Assembly: GCA_965649825.1 (NCBI GenBank)
Contig: OZ287707.1
Location: 736,292 to 800,291 of the forward strand
Direction: 5' to 3'
DNA length: 64,000 nt
From: Penicillus capitatus
Taxonomy: Eukaryota; Plantae; Chlorophyta
Part shown: positions 1 through 10,062 of the stretch, one piece after another
Layout: every line of letters begins with the position of its first letter
Position numbering within the stretch: the first letter of the stretch is position 1
Translations under genes and position numbers: made by a program
Notes under the pieces: generated by a model
Told to the model about the DNA's origin: nothing
Seen by the model: only the letters and a program-made list of their open reading frames with translations
Databases searched by the model: none

Positions 1-1794
1 GATGCACATACGACACCACAGTCACAGGAGATAAGAGGTTGCAATGGTAGATTAAAGATGAATGACTGGAAGATCACCGGCAGAGGCATAACGGACAACT
101 CCACGAGAGTAAATCCACCTGATCGATCGGAGACGGATCTCCTACAGAGAGACAATGAGCGGAACACACCTATCGATAGCATCCATAGCCAGAGAGGCCA
201 ATCGTATTCGATCGAGAGTCTTTCGAAGATGCTCACAGCGATGAGCAACACGAGACGCAACGTCAGAGAGCGAAGGTTGTTGGATGGGACATCGCTGGGG
301 CAGGGCAATCTCTCCACCCTCACGCATCTGCAACGATACAGTCGACGTTCTTTATCCGTTGGTGGAGAAGAATCCGAACCTGTTTCAGATGGACGCCAAA
401 GGAATAACGGCGTGGACGCACTGAACGATAAAGGAAAGCATAGGGAGCAAGGCATGGATATCGAAGAACAAAGCAAAGAGAGTACCAAGAGTTCCCATAA
501 CCAATGTCGCTGTCAAAGGGGTTTCTGTTGCTCGATACACCGATGCCTAAATATCTGTCCCACTCTGAATACGGAAAGGCTTGCACTTACAAGCTGATGT
601 CACAGAGAACCGTTTTCTCCTAAAACCTTAGCAAACGACTGGCATCACATAACATGATGAACACTGTCGTCGACATGACGCACATAGAACAGAACGAAAC
701 AGTACGACCTGCACAGTTCCATTTCAGCCGAATGAAGGCGGAAGAAAAGGACGTGTCAACATCGATGGCTTATACCTATCCATTTCATCGATCCTATCGA
801 ACACAGTTTGTCTAGAGTGTGCCCACGAAACGATGCCGATGAATGCCGTTGCTAAGAGGCTATACAGAATGATGCAGACGACAAGGCAGACAACGATTGC
901 TATGGGCAGATTTCTAGATGGATTCTGTGCATCTTCAGCGACACTTGCGAGGGAGTCAAATCCGAGGTAGGCATAGTAGAGAAGAGAGACTCCACGACAT
1001 ATCGTCGTCACCTTGGCGTCCTTCGGAAAGAAAAGCATGTAGTTTTGGACGTCCACATTGGGAATGGCGGCCACAAAGATGAGACGATGACCGTTGTTAT
1101 ACTGATTGCTATGGTGATGCCAGTTACCGTAAAGATGCTCGAACGCCATATGCCAGCAGAAGGGTCGACATCGCTGTGAATGCAGCTCTGAGGTCATCGA
1201 TCGCCACTTCGTCCGTATGATTGAATCAGATGACCAGAGTTTCGTGATCAATGCCTAAGGACGTCGAGATATAACCAGTGAATCCCTTCATCATTGCTCC
1301 ATGAAAGACGACGTATGCAAACAGAAAACTGCTGGCGACTGACCTAAAACGCGGCACCATCATGTGTGTATTGAGGGAGGTCGAAACCAGCCAGGGAATT
1401 CGCCGAACACAAGATCGATGTACATACAGCACGAACCAGCGATCGGCACATCTGCTGCAAATTGTGCATAAACGAGAGAGCAGAAGAGGGCGGCGATGCC
1501 AGCCAATCCATAAGAGAGGATGATGGCAGGTTCTGTCTTCACATGCCACCTCTCATGTCACGACGAAAAGGCCAGAGCCGATCACGGATCCCAATCCAAA
1601 CATGACTTAGGTCGGCATCCAATACGCAACGAACGGTCGGCGTTCGAGACGTCCATAGGGCGACGTCTTACCACATCCAATGGACCGAGTAATCGTTTGA
1701 GCTTCGTCGATAGTGAGGCTTTGGCAACCATGTCATCGACGGAGGCACAGCGAAAAGCTTTATCGCGAAAAGTCGCCCAGAAATTTGAAATCAT
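1..1794 (-). pseudogene. Decayed cationic amino acid transporter (APC/CAT family); runs off the window start
   Basis: Fragments in the correct order: KLKRLLGPLDV|MFGLGSVIGSGLFVVT, PAIILSYGLAGIAALFCSLVYAQFAADVP, YYAYLGFDSLASVAEDAQNPSRNLPIAI. They are broken by in-frame TGA at 1553-1555 and 1226-1228 plus several frameshifts. GT-AG introns are still recognisable. Confidence 0.8.
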
Positions 1795-2161
1795 CGTGTC
1801 GGGTTGCCACGGGGAGGATCAAATCGGCGACGCCTGAGGTGCCGTGCGGACGAAGTCGGTCAAGAAATCGACCTTCTCGGAGGCAATTTCGATGCGTTTC
1901 TTGTGTCTTGTATACTTTGTCGTGCGATTGGGACCCTTTGGAATAAATGGATCTTCGTATGCTTCGACTGTATTTTCGTCTAACATACGCGACTTGTAAG
2001 GACATCACTCGTCGTAGTCCTATAACAAACAGCGCTATCCTTGCGCTTGCGGCGATGACGCGACGGATGAGGCCGAGCTGACGTGCGACTATTGCCATCA
2101 AAGCTGCACTCAACGTCCTGTCGAGGTCTGCGGATCGCTGCGATCCCTGATGTCAGAGTCA

Positions 2162-2250
2162 CATCAGGTGAGTCAACTTACACCGCGAACGTGAAGCGGA
2201 AATTCGCATGGTCGCGATAGATGTCCGACCATGGACCGTGAGTTGCGCCG
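2162..2250 (+). repeat. 89-nt structured direct repeat, copy 1 (starts CATCAG|GTGAGT)
   Basis: Ungapped alignment to 2568-2656 gives 71/89 identity by manual count. Three hairpins can form in both copies. Confidence 0.85.
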
Positions 2251-2257
2251 CTGACGG

Positions 2258-2440
2258 GAATCGTCTGTCCGGGCCAGCGATCGACTCGTCTGCCAACGCA
2301 GCGACCGAATCGTCTGTCCGAGTCAGCGATCGTTTCGTCTGCTCAACGCCACGACCGAATCGTCTGCCGGATCAGCGATCGTTTCGTCTGCAAATGCAGC
2401 GACCGAATCGTCTGTCCGAGTCAGCGATTTCCTCGTCCGC
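2258..2440 (+). repeat. Imperfect tandem array, ~3.5 units of 48-50 bp (GAATCGTCTGTCCGAGTCAGCGATCGTTTCGTCTGC...)
   Basis: Units of 49, 50 and 48 nt plus a partial unit, each with an internal TCGTCTG sub-repeat. Unit lengths do not preserve a reading frame. Confidence 0.9.
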
Positions 2441-2461
2441 GGGCGCACGATGTACTACCGC

Positions 2462-2521
2462 AGAATACTGAGCTTCGCCTGTGGCGAGCCGTATTCTTAA
2501 TTTTTGACGGCGCTTTGCGCC
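2462..2521 (+). other. Stem-loop / AATTTTTGA / stem-loop module
   Basis: AGAATAC...GTATTCT stem with an inner GC(T)TCGCC/GGCGAGC stem (2462-2497), then AATTTTTGA (2499-2507), then GGCGC-TTT-GCGCC (2509-2521). Function unknown. Confidence 0.5.
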
Positions 2522-2567
2522 TTACCCCTAACCCTGTCAATCTAAAGCGGAAGTTTGGCAACTGTCC

Positions 2568-2656
2568 CATCAGGTGAGTCACCTTACACGGCGAACATGA
2601 AGAGGAAGTTCACGTCGTCGCCATAAGTGTTCTGCTGCGGACCGTGAGTTGCGCGG
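2568..2656 (+). repeat. 89-nt structured direct repeat, copy 2 (starts CATCAG|GTGAGT)
   Basis: Paralog of 2162-2250. Followed by a pyrimidine tract, TTTTTGAC (2691-2698) and CAG (2707-2709), i.e. a plausible intron 3' end. Confidence 0.85.
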
Positions 2657-2767
2657 ACTGTTCTGGCGGCGTGCAATCTTGTGTCTTCTGTTTTTGACCT
2701 ACGAATCAGAAAGCATACAACAGCACCATTCCAAATACTGTCATTGTGAAGAAAAAAGACTGCGGAT

Positions 2768-5700
2768 ATGTCTTTCAGGGGCGGCAGATATCAAAGACAG
2801 ATCGTTCTGTCGGTAGAACGATCCGGCACAACAAGGGAGGCACCGCCATCGACAGATCAAAGTCGATTGACACATCCGTCCAGAGATCAAAGCCGACAAG
2901 CGCCTCCGTCGACAGATCGAAGCCGATTGGCACATCCGTCGACAGATCGAAGCCGATTGGCACATCCGTCCAGAGATCAAAGTCGATTGACACATCCGTC
3001 GACAGATCGAAGCCGATTGGCACATCCGTCCAGAGATCGAAGTCGAAGTCGAAGTCGAAGTCGAAGTCGAGATGCTCCATTGTTAAATTACAGATCCGGA
3101 GAAGAAGAGGCTTCAAACGGAGAAGAAGGAGTGATCCGGCTTGTCTGCTGGAAAGGAAAAACTCCAATCGAGTCCAAAGCCGTAGCTTCGGTCTGCAGGG
3201 GTATTAACTATGCCGCTTCTCGTTGTTGTTTCGGCAAGTCTGGCAACGTTTCGTAAGTTCATCAAGCATGTACTGGTATTGCTGACATAGTGCTTCTAGG
3301 GACTCTTACGATCTCTTCCCTGGCATTGAAATGTTTGGCTTCGAACGCCGATTCTTATCGGAGAACGAGATCGTCTACAAGCACACAGCGACGCGTGACG
3401 TGTTTACGTTCTTGTCCGAAGATTTTGCCTCGGACCATAAAGCGGTGGAGTTTCAGCCAATTACTCATGGTGATCTGTGGAGGTTCCTCCCGGAGCCTCT
3501 CAAGGTATGCTCTTCTATTTCCCTCGTCTTTTCAAGCACTGTCTGTGACATAGACGGGCCATGTGCTCTTCGAACGATCGCAAGTGAAGAACCTCGCTGC
3601 GATCATCATACGTTGCTTGACGGAGTGCTACGAGGAACTTCATTCGACGTATCTATTGTGAGCTATAACATGCGAGAACGCGAGCCTATTTGCCGAATGA
3701 GATAGACCTTAATAAAGAACATTCGTGTAAGGCTCAACTAAAAAATTCAGTGTGCTTTTAAATCTCTGGCAACAAACTTCCTCAGGCATCGCCAACTTGC
3801 TTCGACACACATCACCGCTACGCGCCGCCAAGCCATTTTCGACAATAGCTGCTAGAAGTGGAGGCGGGAAAACGCTTCGTGTAGGACCTGAGGCAGCTGC
3901 AGCGGGTAAGATTTTGAAACGAGGGAGACGAACGGTGATTTCGTCCCGTGGTTCAGACTCGCGCTGCCTCGTGCGAAAAGAGCGACTTCAAGAATGCCGT
4001 TCTTCGTATAGACGTGACGCTTGGTCGACGTCATGCCGACAGCGCCGTCCATGAAACCCTCACCGCATTCCACAGACGCCTCGCGTGTGTACTCTTTCTG
4101 TAGCATATGGCCACGACAGTGCCCTATGGTCGATCCACATGCTCGGACAAGTGACCAGCAGCGATGACACGATTGCATAACAGTACTTGACGCAGCGCAT
4201 CACCCAGTGTTCGCCTGACGAATACCGTCTTGGAGCATTGGATGCTTTGTTGAAGTGATTGCCCAGGATGAAGCGTGATTCGAAGTTGCATCCTGTTCTT
4301 GCTGGATTGATGGATCGATTCGCTGACTACGCACAGAAGAACGCAGGCACAGCGAAGGATGCAGACGCATTATATCGACTCGAAGAAACATGTACAGCAG
4401 TAAGCGATCTTGCAAAGCATGAAAGATATTAAAAGGTAAATCGTTAAGGGTTCTGAAGGCCCGTGTAGACATGCATGCCTCAGATGTCCTTCACATGTAT
4501 GCGGCAATGTTAAGCGTTACGGCCAATGTTTGTTCAGGTCGACCTTATTTCATGAATGGCTTGCTGACAACCTGTTCAGTGTTGGGTTTGTTCGTCGCAC
4601 ATTGAAGATATTCCTGTTTTGCACGAGCCAATTGTGTATGACCAGCTGGAAGAAAACTCAGTATCGCATTTGTTCTACCAAAGCCATTGAGTCGTTATAA
4701 TGCTGTGAAGTAGCTGACTCTGGATAGCTATCTCAAACTCATGTGCCTTCTTCGTCCGAAGGAAATGAGACACAGGCTGTGTTTTGCTGCAGTGGCTCGG
4801 AAATGAACGATGATCATTGCAATATCTGCCTGCAGGCACGGAAGATCAAGGAAGTCATTCTTGATGGCGGAATGATCTCTATTGATGCAACTGAAAAGCT
4901 GTCTTTTCACGGATGCTTTCAATTTCTGAAGATTCTTGTCCGTCTGCCGTGCCGCTCGTGCCTTCTTCACGCATTGCAATGCAAAGCACCTATGGAAAAA
5001 GAGATCCTCATACATACGCAGCATAATGTCATCATCAGAAACGTACCTACGATTCTCCTGTCACACTGCTGGGACGCTACGATCCTGAACGGTCACAGTA
5101 ATCCGTCGATCTTCTGATCGTATTCTCGAAGTCGTTGGGCAAAAGTCACTGGTAACGATCATATCTTAATGTGGTTGTTCTGCTTTTACTTGCTACACTG
5201 ACGAGACAACATTTGAGTGAGATGCCAGCACAGGGAAAATTTCTGCAAGCTTTTTAGGACAAGACCATGTCGTAAACAGACAACCTGCCACAAGGGTCGT
5301 CAACTTTCTAAAAGCACACGGACAAAATGCGCCCGAGAATGAGAAGACATTGAAAACATGGTCCTTAACTTTACCTTACAGGCTACCTTTTCTGAATGTG
5401 GTCCTTGGACGTTGAATTGGAAAGAGAAAATCAATATGTCCTCCACAGCACAAGTGTCAAGAATGCAACGTAAAAGAGACGTAGTAGACGTCCTTGAACG
5501 CATGCAAAACTGTCAGCTCGCTGAATCACAGAACAGCGATCTGCAACGTTCTCGCCTGATAGATTACTCCTCCCCGTGTCAAAGAAACGATCTCACCATG
5601 TAAACCAACAAGTTAAACTATTCGTTGGCCGATCGGTCACACTTTCTCACTCTTTCTACCTAATATCGTGCCGCGCATGCTCCTTATCTGCTGCTTATGT

Positions 5701-7900
5701 CCTAGGTGAAGGCTGAAGAGTTCATGGCAGGATGTCAAGCACGTCACCTCAAGTGTGGTATGGCAATATGAGATTTGAATGCGTCGCGGGCTCCGCCGCG
5801 CGCTATCTGTCTTTTCGAACATGGTTGGAAGGTTCCTCGCACGGGGCTAGCTTTATATGAAAGGCCGTCCGCTTCGTCCCCTCATAAAAGCTCATGGTTC
5901 ATGGCTGCTTCCTCGAGCGAAATCTCTTCGTATTACTTGGAGGAGTCGTCCACCGGAAGTCTCACACAAACGACCGTCTCGAACGTTGGCCGCATGAGAC
6001 AAAACTCCTGTAGGCGTTCAGGTAAAAGGTGCCGCTATACTGGCAAATCAGTTCATCATCCATAACACGCACAGAAGGAAGACAAACGTGTAATGCAGCT
6101 TCGACGCGAAGGAGAGTCGGACGAGCTTATTTTGACGCGTTGCCAAGATATTACACAGACGATAAAAACGCATAAAATCTGTAAAGTTCGGCTCCGTTTT
6201 ACCGTGTGTCCAACACAGAACGCTCTCTTCGCAGACGGAATGTGCGCAGTTGCATGACAGTTGCATTGAACAGATATACCTCCGCGTCTTCCGTCGCGGG
6301 GTTAGTGACAGCGCACGCAGTTGTCTAGTATTCCTTCCAGCGTACCGTCGTTGAAAAGGCTTTTGCAGTCGCCGGATTTCGGCAAGTTTTTCGACCACGT
6401 CTTTGGAGAGGAAAGCAAATCCAAGAATGCTGGTGCCCATCACAGCTACGTACCAGTTGATTAGGTGAGAGTTGCGAAGAATTTCGACGGAGTCGTGACA
6501 ATGAAAGCACTTGGAGCAAAGGGATGCTTCTGCAGGTGAAATCGTACTTTTTCTGCTGAGGATACTCGACGCTAATGTTTTTTCTAGCATCACGGACTTC
6601 GTGCAGCGCATGTAGCGATGCCTTATTCGATGATACAGTGTTTCGCTCGAAAGTGCAACCGAAGTTCTTTAGTCTAGCTGGTTGTCACCAAATCGACGAC
6701 AACAGGATGGTTCAACATTCAGCTTACATAATCCAAAGAGGTAGAATCATTGGCGTCGTTCTCGTCCAAGTAGGCGTTATAAGCGCCTTCATTGCTGTCC
6801 AATTAGCACGCTTGTTTAACAGTAGAAGAAGGCTCGACAAAAAAAGCAGACGTAGCATTCGGCAAATCAAATCGAGTCATTCAAATGACTACAGATGTCC
6901 AACGTCGCCACGGACACAGGCGGGGCAAGGAACAGGGGTAGTGCGCGTATTCTTCAGCCAACAGTGGTGATAATCGCGTCTCCAAGTCCATGCTTGGCAA
7001 CCTGTAGAGCATAGAGAATTAGAAAGAAGACCGCGAAAGTTATCGTTTCCCTACCGGGTGTATCTTGGCAGCGAATGGCGCAATCTCCAGGCTGCGTAAT
7101 GCCTTCGATTGCACGGTCTATCATATCGCCTCCGTGTCTGTCTTCGTCATACAGGTAGTGCGTGTTCGAAGGAACCTGTTGTCCAACACAACACAGCTTC
7201 TGATAGATGACACAGCGGAAAGGTAAGCGTAGAACCTCTTCGCCGTCGTCTCTTCCGACACAATTTTGACAGGGTTGTGGATTTGCGGCAATGGACTTTG
7301 GCCAGCAGTGATCATGGTCAGTGCGGTAGATGAAAGCGTTGCAGCCTAATGCCCAAAACAAAAAGCGTCTTCAAAAGCGTAAAGAACTGACTGTTACCGC
7401 TCATAGCTTGGCATCGTCTGCAGCACGCTCCAGGATCGCCCAAGTTCAGGATAGGCTCGTTTACCAAGTCGTTTCCTACAAAGCATTCGTGAGTGAGGTA
7501 AGGAGTTGTCTCGTTTATCGCGATTGATACCAGGCCAATCCGTGCCAGTGAAGAGCCTAATGCATCCTATGAAGAACACGGTCTATGGCTGCCAAGAAAC
7601 ACGGCGACCGACATACGTAATTGTTTTAAAGAACGACTGAATGTCCTGATGCCACTTGTCGGCAGGGATTCGGCTCTCTGCAACACACCTCCGCGTCGGA
7701 ACAAGCGCGAGGAGAACGTTTGCCGACCACGAGGACGAGCAACAGGGCGATTCCAATGATGTTACGCATCGTATGGAGACGATTGTCAAGAGGACTGAAA
7801 ACGAACTCCTCAAGTGAAAGTTAGCACCGCCACCAAAAAAAGGCGAGGAACGCAGAAGATGAAGATCGAGGAACGCGAGCCGTTTAAATACAGGAAACGC
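2768..7900 (+). mobile_element. Heavily decayed multi-exon gene, tentatively a KDZ-superfamily (Kyakuja/Dileera/Zisupton) transposase remnant
   Basis: The first exons splice in frame (GTAAGT...TAG after 3253, a second intron after 3504), then stops and frameshifts accumulate. Ordered motifs: CNIC...VILDG (4818-4868), FPTGC (~7047-7061), LTG-LWICGNG...DES (7266-7337), VVSY...CQ*RA*CIL*R (~7468-7575), HTSASEQ (7684-7704). Right boundary uncertain. Confidence 0.45.
2851..3070 (+). repeat. 30-bp minisatellite (6 full units plus partial) followed by (GAAGTC)x5
   Basis: Units such as GACAGATCGAAGCCGATTGGCACATCCGTC at exact 30-nt spacing (2851-3030), then the hexamer run, which encodes RSRSRSRSRSR in the 2768 frame. 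Confidence 0.95.
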
Positions 7901-8908
7901 TGTGAATCCGTTGTGAAAAACGCAGCTATGAAGCAGCAATGACAGCTGTATTGCGAGTAACTGGGCGGAAAATAGCAGGTGCGAACACTGTGAGAAAAAG
8001 GCGCCATCTCATTCTGACAATACGATTTGTCAGCAAACCGCTCTGCGTCCCCTGTCTCGGCGCGAAGTTGCATTCAAGGTCGTGCATTTTTCAGTCAAGG
8101 CTTTAAGGGCAACGCTTTAGTAATTGCGACACATTTGGCACGTTTCTTAGTTTTTCGGTCGAAAAAGGGGAAGAAAGCTCCAAAAGAACTGCTTTTTGCG
8201 TCCCCCCATAGGCTCGAGCTTACAGCTGTCAGTCCCGTACGGTCACTCGGCAGTAGACTTTGCTGACGCATAGATTCCGACTCTTTGACGAAAGTGCCGA
8301 CCTACCGAGAAGTCGTAAAGGAGACAGCATTGGACACTCCGTGGGCAGCGTCGTTATTCAGTGAAGGAAGCGACGCATCGTTTTTGCCAAGAGAACCTTG
8401 CAAAAACGAACTTTGCGCGAGTGCACGCGTTCGTTGAACGTTCTCCGTTGCGGACAACGTCGTTCAGAACGGAACTGGGATACGGTGCCTAGTGTGTGGA
8501 TGCTGTATTTCCATTGATGACTCTCCGAGCCGGATACAGCGTGTTGAAGAATACTGAGCGTTCCGTAGGAGGTGGTGCACGTTGAGTTCACAAAAGCGTC
8601 GGCGAATATAGAGGACATACGCATGGAACGGGCGGGACGACGCGTTTGCCTTCGTATGGCAACAAATGCTTACGCTTCGGAGTCTCCGAATTCGGGAACG
8701 ACGTAACAAGCGGATGTGCAAGAGACATCATTGTCTAACTCATGGCTTCTGTCGGTCTTAAATTATCTCTTGTTCGTGTGCGCAAGGTGACGTGACTTGA
8801 TAGAGCCGGTGCAAATCGGACGTGTCTAGAGGAAGAAACGGTTGGTGCCGTGGAGGCTTGAAAATCAAGCGACGTTCATTCAGCACGTTTTAATTTGACG
8901 CATTCTTC

Positions 8909-9784
8909 ATGAAAGCAGTGGCTTGTTCTTCAGATGTTCCGCGTCGTGCGGCAGCGTACCGTACAGCCAATGTGGCAAAGGAACCTTTCAAGCAATCCAT
9001 GGAGCGCTGGTACTCGGACTACGCAAAAACGTACGACCGAGACGGTTACCATACGCGCATCGCCGAGCGCCTGATCGAGAAACTCGACGTTCGAGAAGGC
9101 GATCGAATCCTGGACATCGCCACCGGTACAGGCCTGGCAGGATTCGCTGCACTGCGGAAGGCGGGGCAGAGCGGATCGCTGGTGGCCGTCGACATCTCGC
9201 CGGAGATGCTGGAAGTGGCAGCGCGCGATGCCGAATCGGAGGGGTTGCAGAATGCGGAGTTCGTCCTCTGCGACGCGCAGAACCTCGATCTGCCGGAGGA
9301 GAGCTTCGACGATCTGATCTGTTCCTCGGCGCTGGTCCTTTTTCCAGATGCCGAGTGGACCTTGCGGTACTGGAAGGGATTCTTGGTATCCGGTGGCCGT
9401 TTGGCTGTCCACTGTTTTCACGAAAAGTCCTACGTCGCCGGCAAACTGATACAGACGGTGGCGGCAGAGCGCGGAGTGGAGCTCGTTTTCAGCGAACCCA
9501 CAGGTACACCTGAGAGATGCCGCAGATTGCTGGAGAATGCTGGCTACGATTCCATCGCGATCGACGAGGTTACAGGAGGAGAATACCGAACGTCGGAGAA
9601 AGTGATGTCGCTGTGGGATAGAATGATCCACCACCCAATGGTGCAGCTGCCGACTCGGATTCCGGACGCTGCCGACCTCAATGCCATGAGAGAGCGCTAC
9701 CGCGAAATGGTGAAGGGCCTCGAAACGGAGGAGGGTATCTGGGACGAGGACACGATCATGTACGTCTACGCCCGCAAGCCGTGA
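8909..9784 (+). CDS. Class I SAM-dependent methyltransferase (UbiE/Methyltransf_25-31-like), intronless, bacterial/cyanobacterial type
   Basis: Uninterrupted 291-aa ORF with motif I ILDIATGTG, VAVDISPEML, CDAQNLDLPEESFDDLICSSAL and FLVSGGRL. The C-terminal PTGTPERCRRLLENAGY and GIWDEDT...ARK recall a cyanobacterial family. Confidence 0.92.
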   Translation: MKAVACSSDVPRRAAAYRTANVAKEPFKQSMERWYSDYAKTYDRDGYHTRIAERLIEKLDVREGDRILDIATGTGLAGFAALRKAGQSGSLVAVDISPEMLEVAARDAESEGLQNAEFVLCDAQNLDLPEESFDDLICSSALVLFPDAEWTLRYWKGFLVSGGRLAVHCFHEKSYVAGKLIQTVAAERGVELVFSEPTGTPERCRRLLENAGYDSIAIDEVTGGEYRTSEKVMSLWDRMIHHPMVQLPTRIPDAADLNAMRERYREMVKGLETEEGIWDEDTIMYVYARKP

Positions 9785-10062
9785 CGAGCACTATCGTAAC
9801 GAACGGCATTACACAAAGCTGTTTTTGCACCTCATGTTGCTAGAACCGCACGGGATGCGCGACGTGATAGCCGTCGGCATCCATCAAAGGACATAGTAGA
9901 AACAGGGCAGACTGGCACGGTGTCATGCTTCGGCTTGATGGGACACACCGAGCACAGCGCCGACAAAGTACATGCAGAACAAAAATGAAGAGTCAGTGCG
10001 AGTTAGCACTTTCAAAACTGGTTAACGAAGCAACAGCCGCAGACGTCTCCAGGAAAGCAGCC

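Noticed and set aside
58-597. 179-aa plus-strand ORF
   Set aside because: Antisense shadow of the permease pseudogene's hydrophobic coding strand.
2140-2170. TPP riboswitch (CCTGAT motif within the CCTGATGT...ACATCAGG hairpin)
   Set aside because: The CTGAGA and other core TPP motifs are missing, and there is no thiamine gene nearby.
2225-2250. tRNA or SINE B-box (GGACCGTGAGTT)
   Set aside because: Lacks the TTCGA core, and no A-box or cloverleaf could be built.
2400-2521. U4 or U5 snRNA gene
   Set aside because: The U6-pairing 5' region of U4 and the invariant U5 loop GCCUUUUAC are absent.
2522-2535. Telomerase RNA template or interstitial telomere (CCCTAACCCT)
   Set aside because: Fewer than two imperfect units, no recognisable USE/TATA promoter, and it lies 3' of the Sm-like site. 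Chance cannot be excluded.
2258-3070. CRISPR-like array reading of the 49-bp and 30-bp repeats
   Set aside because: Units are contiguous with no unique spacers, there are no cas genes, and the context is eukaryotic. These are ordinary minisatellites.
8027-8721. Short ORFs between the transposon remnant and the methyltransferase
   Set aside because: No motifs, no consistent splicing, under 90 aa.
1835-9850. Terminal inverted repeats enclosing the transposase remnant and the methyltransferase
   Set aside because: Only two 8-nt matches (near 1835-1848 and 9826-9855), in the wrong relative order; consistent with chance.
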